Assembly: GCA_047285305.1 (NCBI GenBank)
Contig: JBJBDL010000003.1
Coordinates: 544,001 to 608,000, forward strand
Source: Synechococcus sp.
GTDB lineage: Bacteria; Cyanobacteriota; Cyanobacteriia; PCC-6307; Cyanobiaceae
Reading direction: 5' to 3'
DNA: 64,000 nucleotides
This document shows, piece after piece, positions 63,844-64,000 of this stretch (position 1 is its first letter; each line of letters begins with the position of its first letter). The position numbers and the translations under genes were made by a program. The notes beneath the pieces were generated by a model. The model had not been told where the DNA came from, searched no databases, and saw only the letters and a list, made by a program, of their open reading frames with translations.

Positions 63844-64000
63844 TGCTCGGCCTGCTGCGAGCGCTCCGCATCTGGCGCGCTGTCCTGACGCTGCTGCTGC
63901 TGCTTTGGTGGGATAGCCAGTCCTGGACCTACCGCGGTGGTGTCACCGCCGAGTGTCGTGCGCGCCGTCAGCAACAGCGAGCCCGTTGGTTGACTGCTGA
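63843..64000 (+). CDS. Probable AarF/ABC1/UbiB kinase family protein, 5' fragment
   Basis: MLGLLRALRIWRAVLTLLLLLWWDSQSWTY...RARWLTA; runs off the window end. Confidence 0.65.
   Translation, partial: MLGLLRALRIWRAVLTLLLLLWWDSQSWTYRGGVTAECRARRQQQRARWLTA

Overview
Marine picocyanobacterial chromosome, very likely Synechococcus (inferred from gene content, synteny and a high-GC core). Bases 1-13389 hold the 3' part of tRNA-Val(TAC) followed by a lower-GC genomic island of about 13.3 kb. The island ends in a 48-bp duplicate of the tRNA 3' half and carries candidate integrase arm-type sites at both ends, but no recognisable integrase. Its cargo is a SAM methyltransferase, a 1867-aa mosaic adhesin-like protein, a PhyH-type dioxygenase, an RTX-repeat M10 zinc metalloprotease, several micro-ORFs and decayed genes. 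The rest is core genome: hli, zur, valS, an ABC-2 exporter, ligA, mnmG, dnaB, rplI, desC, gcvHP, pirin, flv1/flv3, an NRAMP-like transporter, hsp20, SWIM/SNF2, alaS, speA, ndk, thiO, gatB, coaE and argJ. Most notable observations: (1) a G53A-type change in the right att copy that could make island excision harmful; (2) an unannotated deletion scar fusing the start of rubrerythrin to the end of an NADPH-dependent FMN reductase; (3) a high-GC in-frame cassette inside the giant surface protein. No clearly novel complete system could be demonstrated. Family assignments come from motif recognition and recall, not from database searches.
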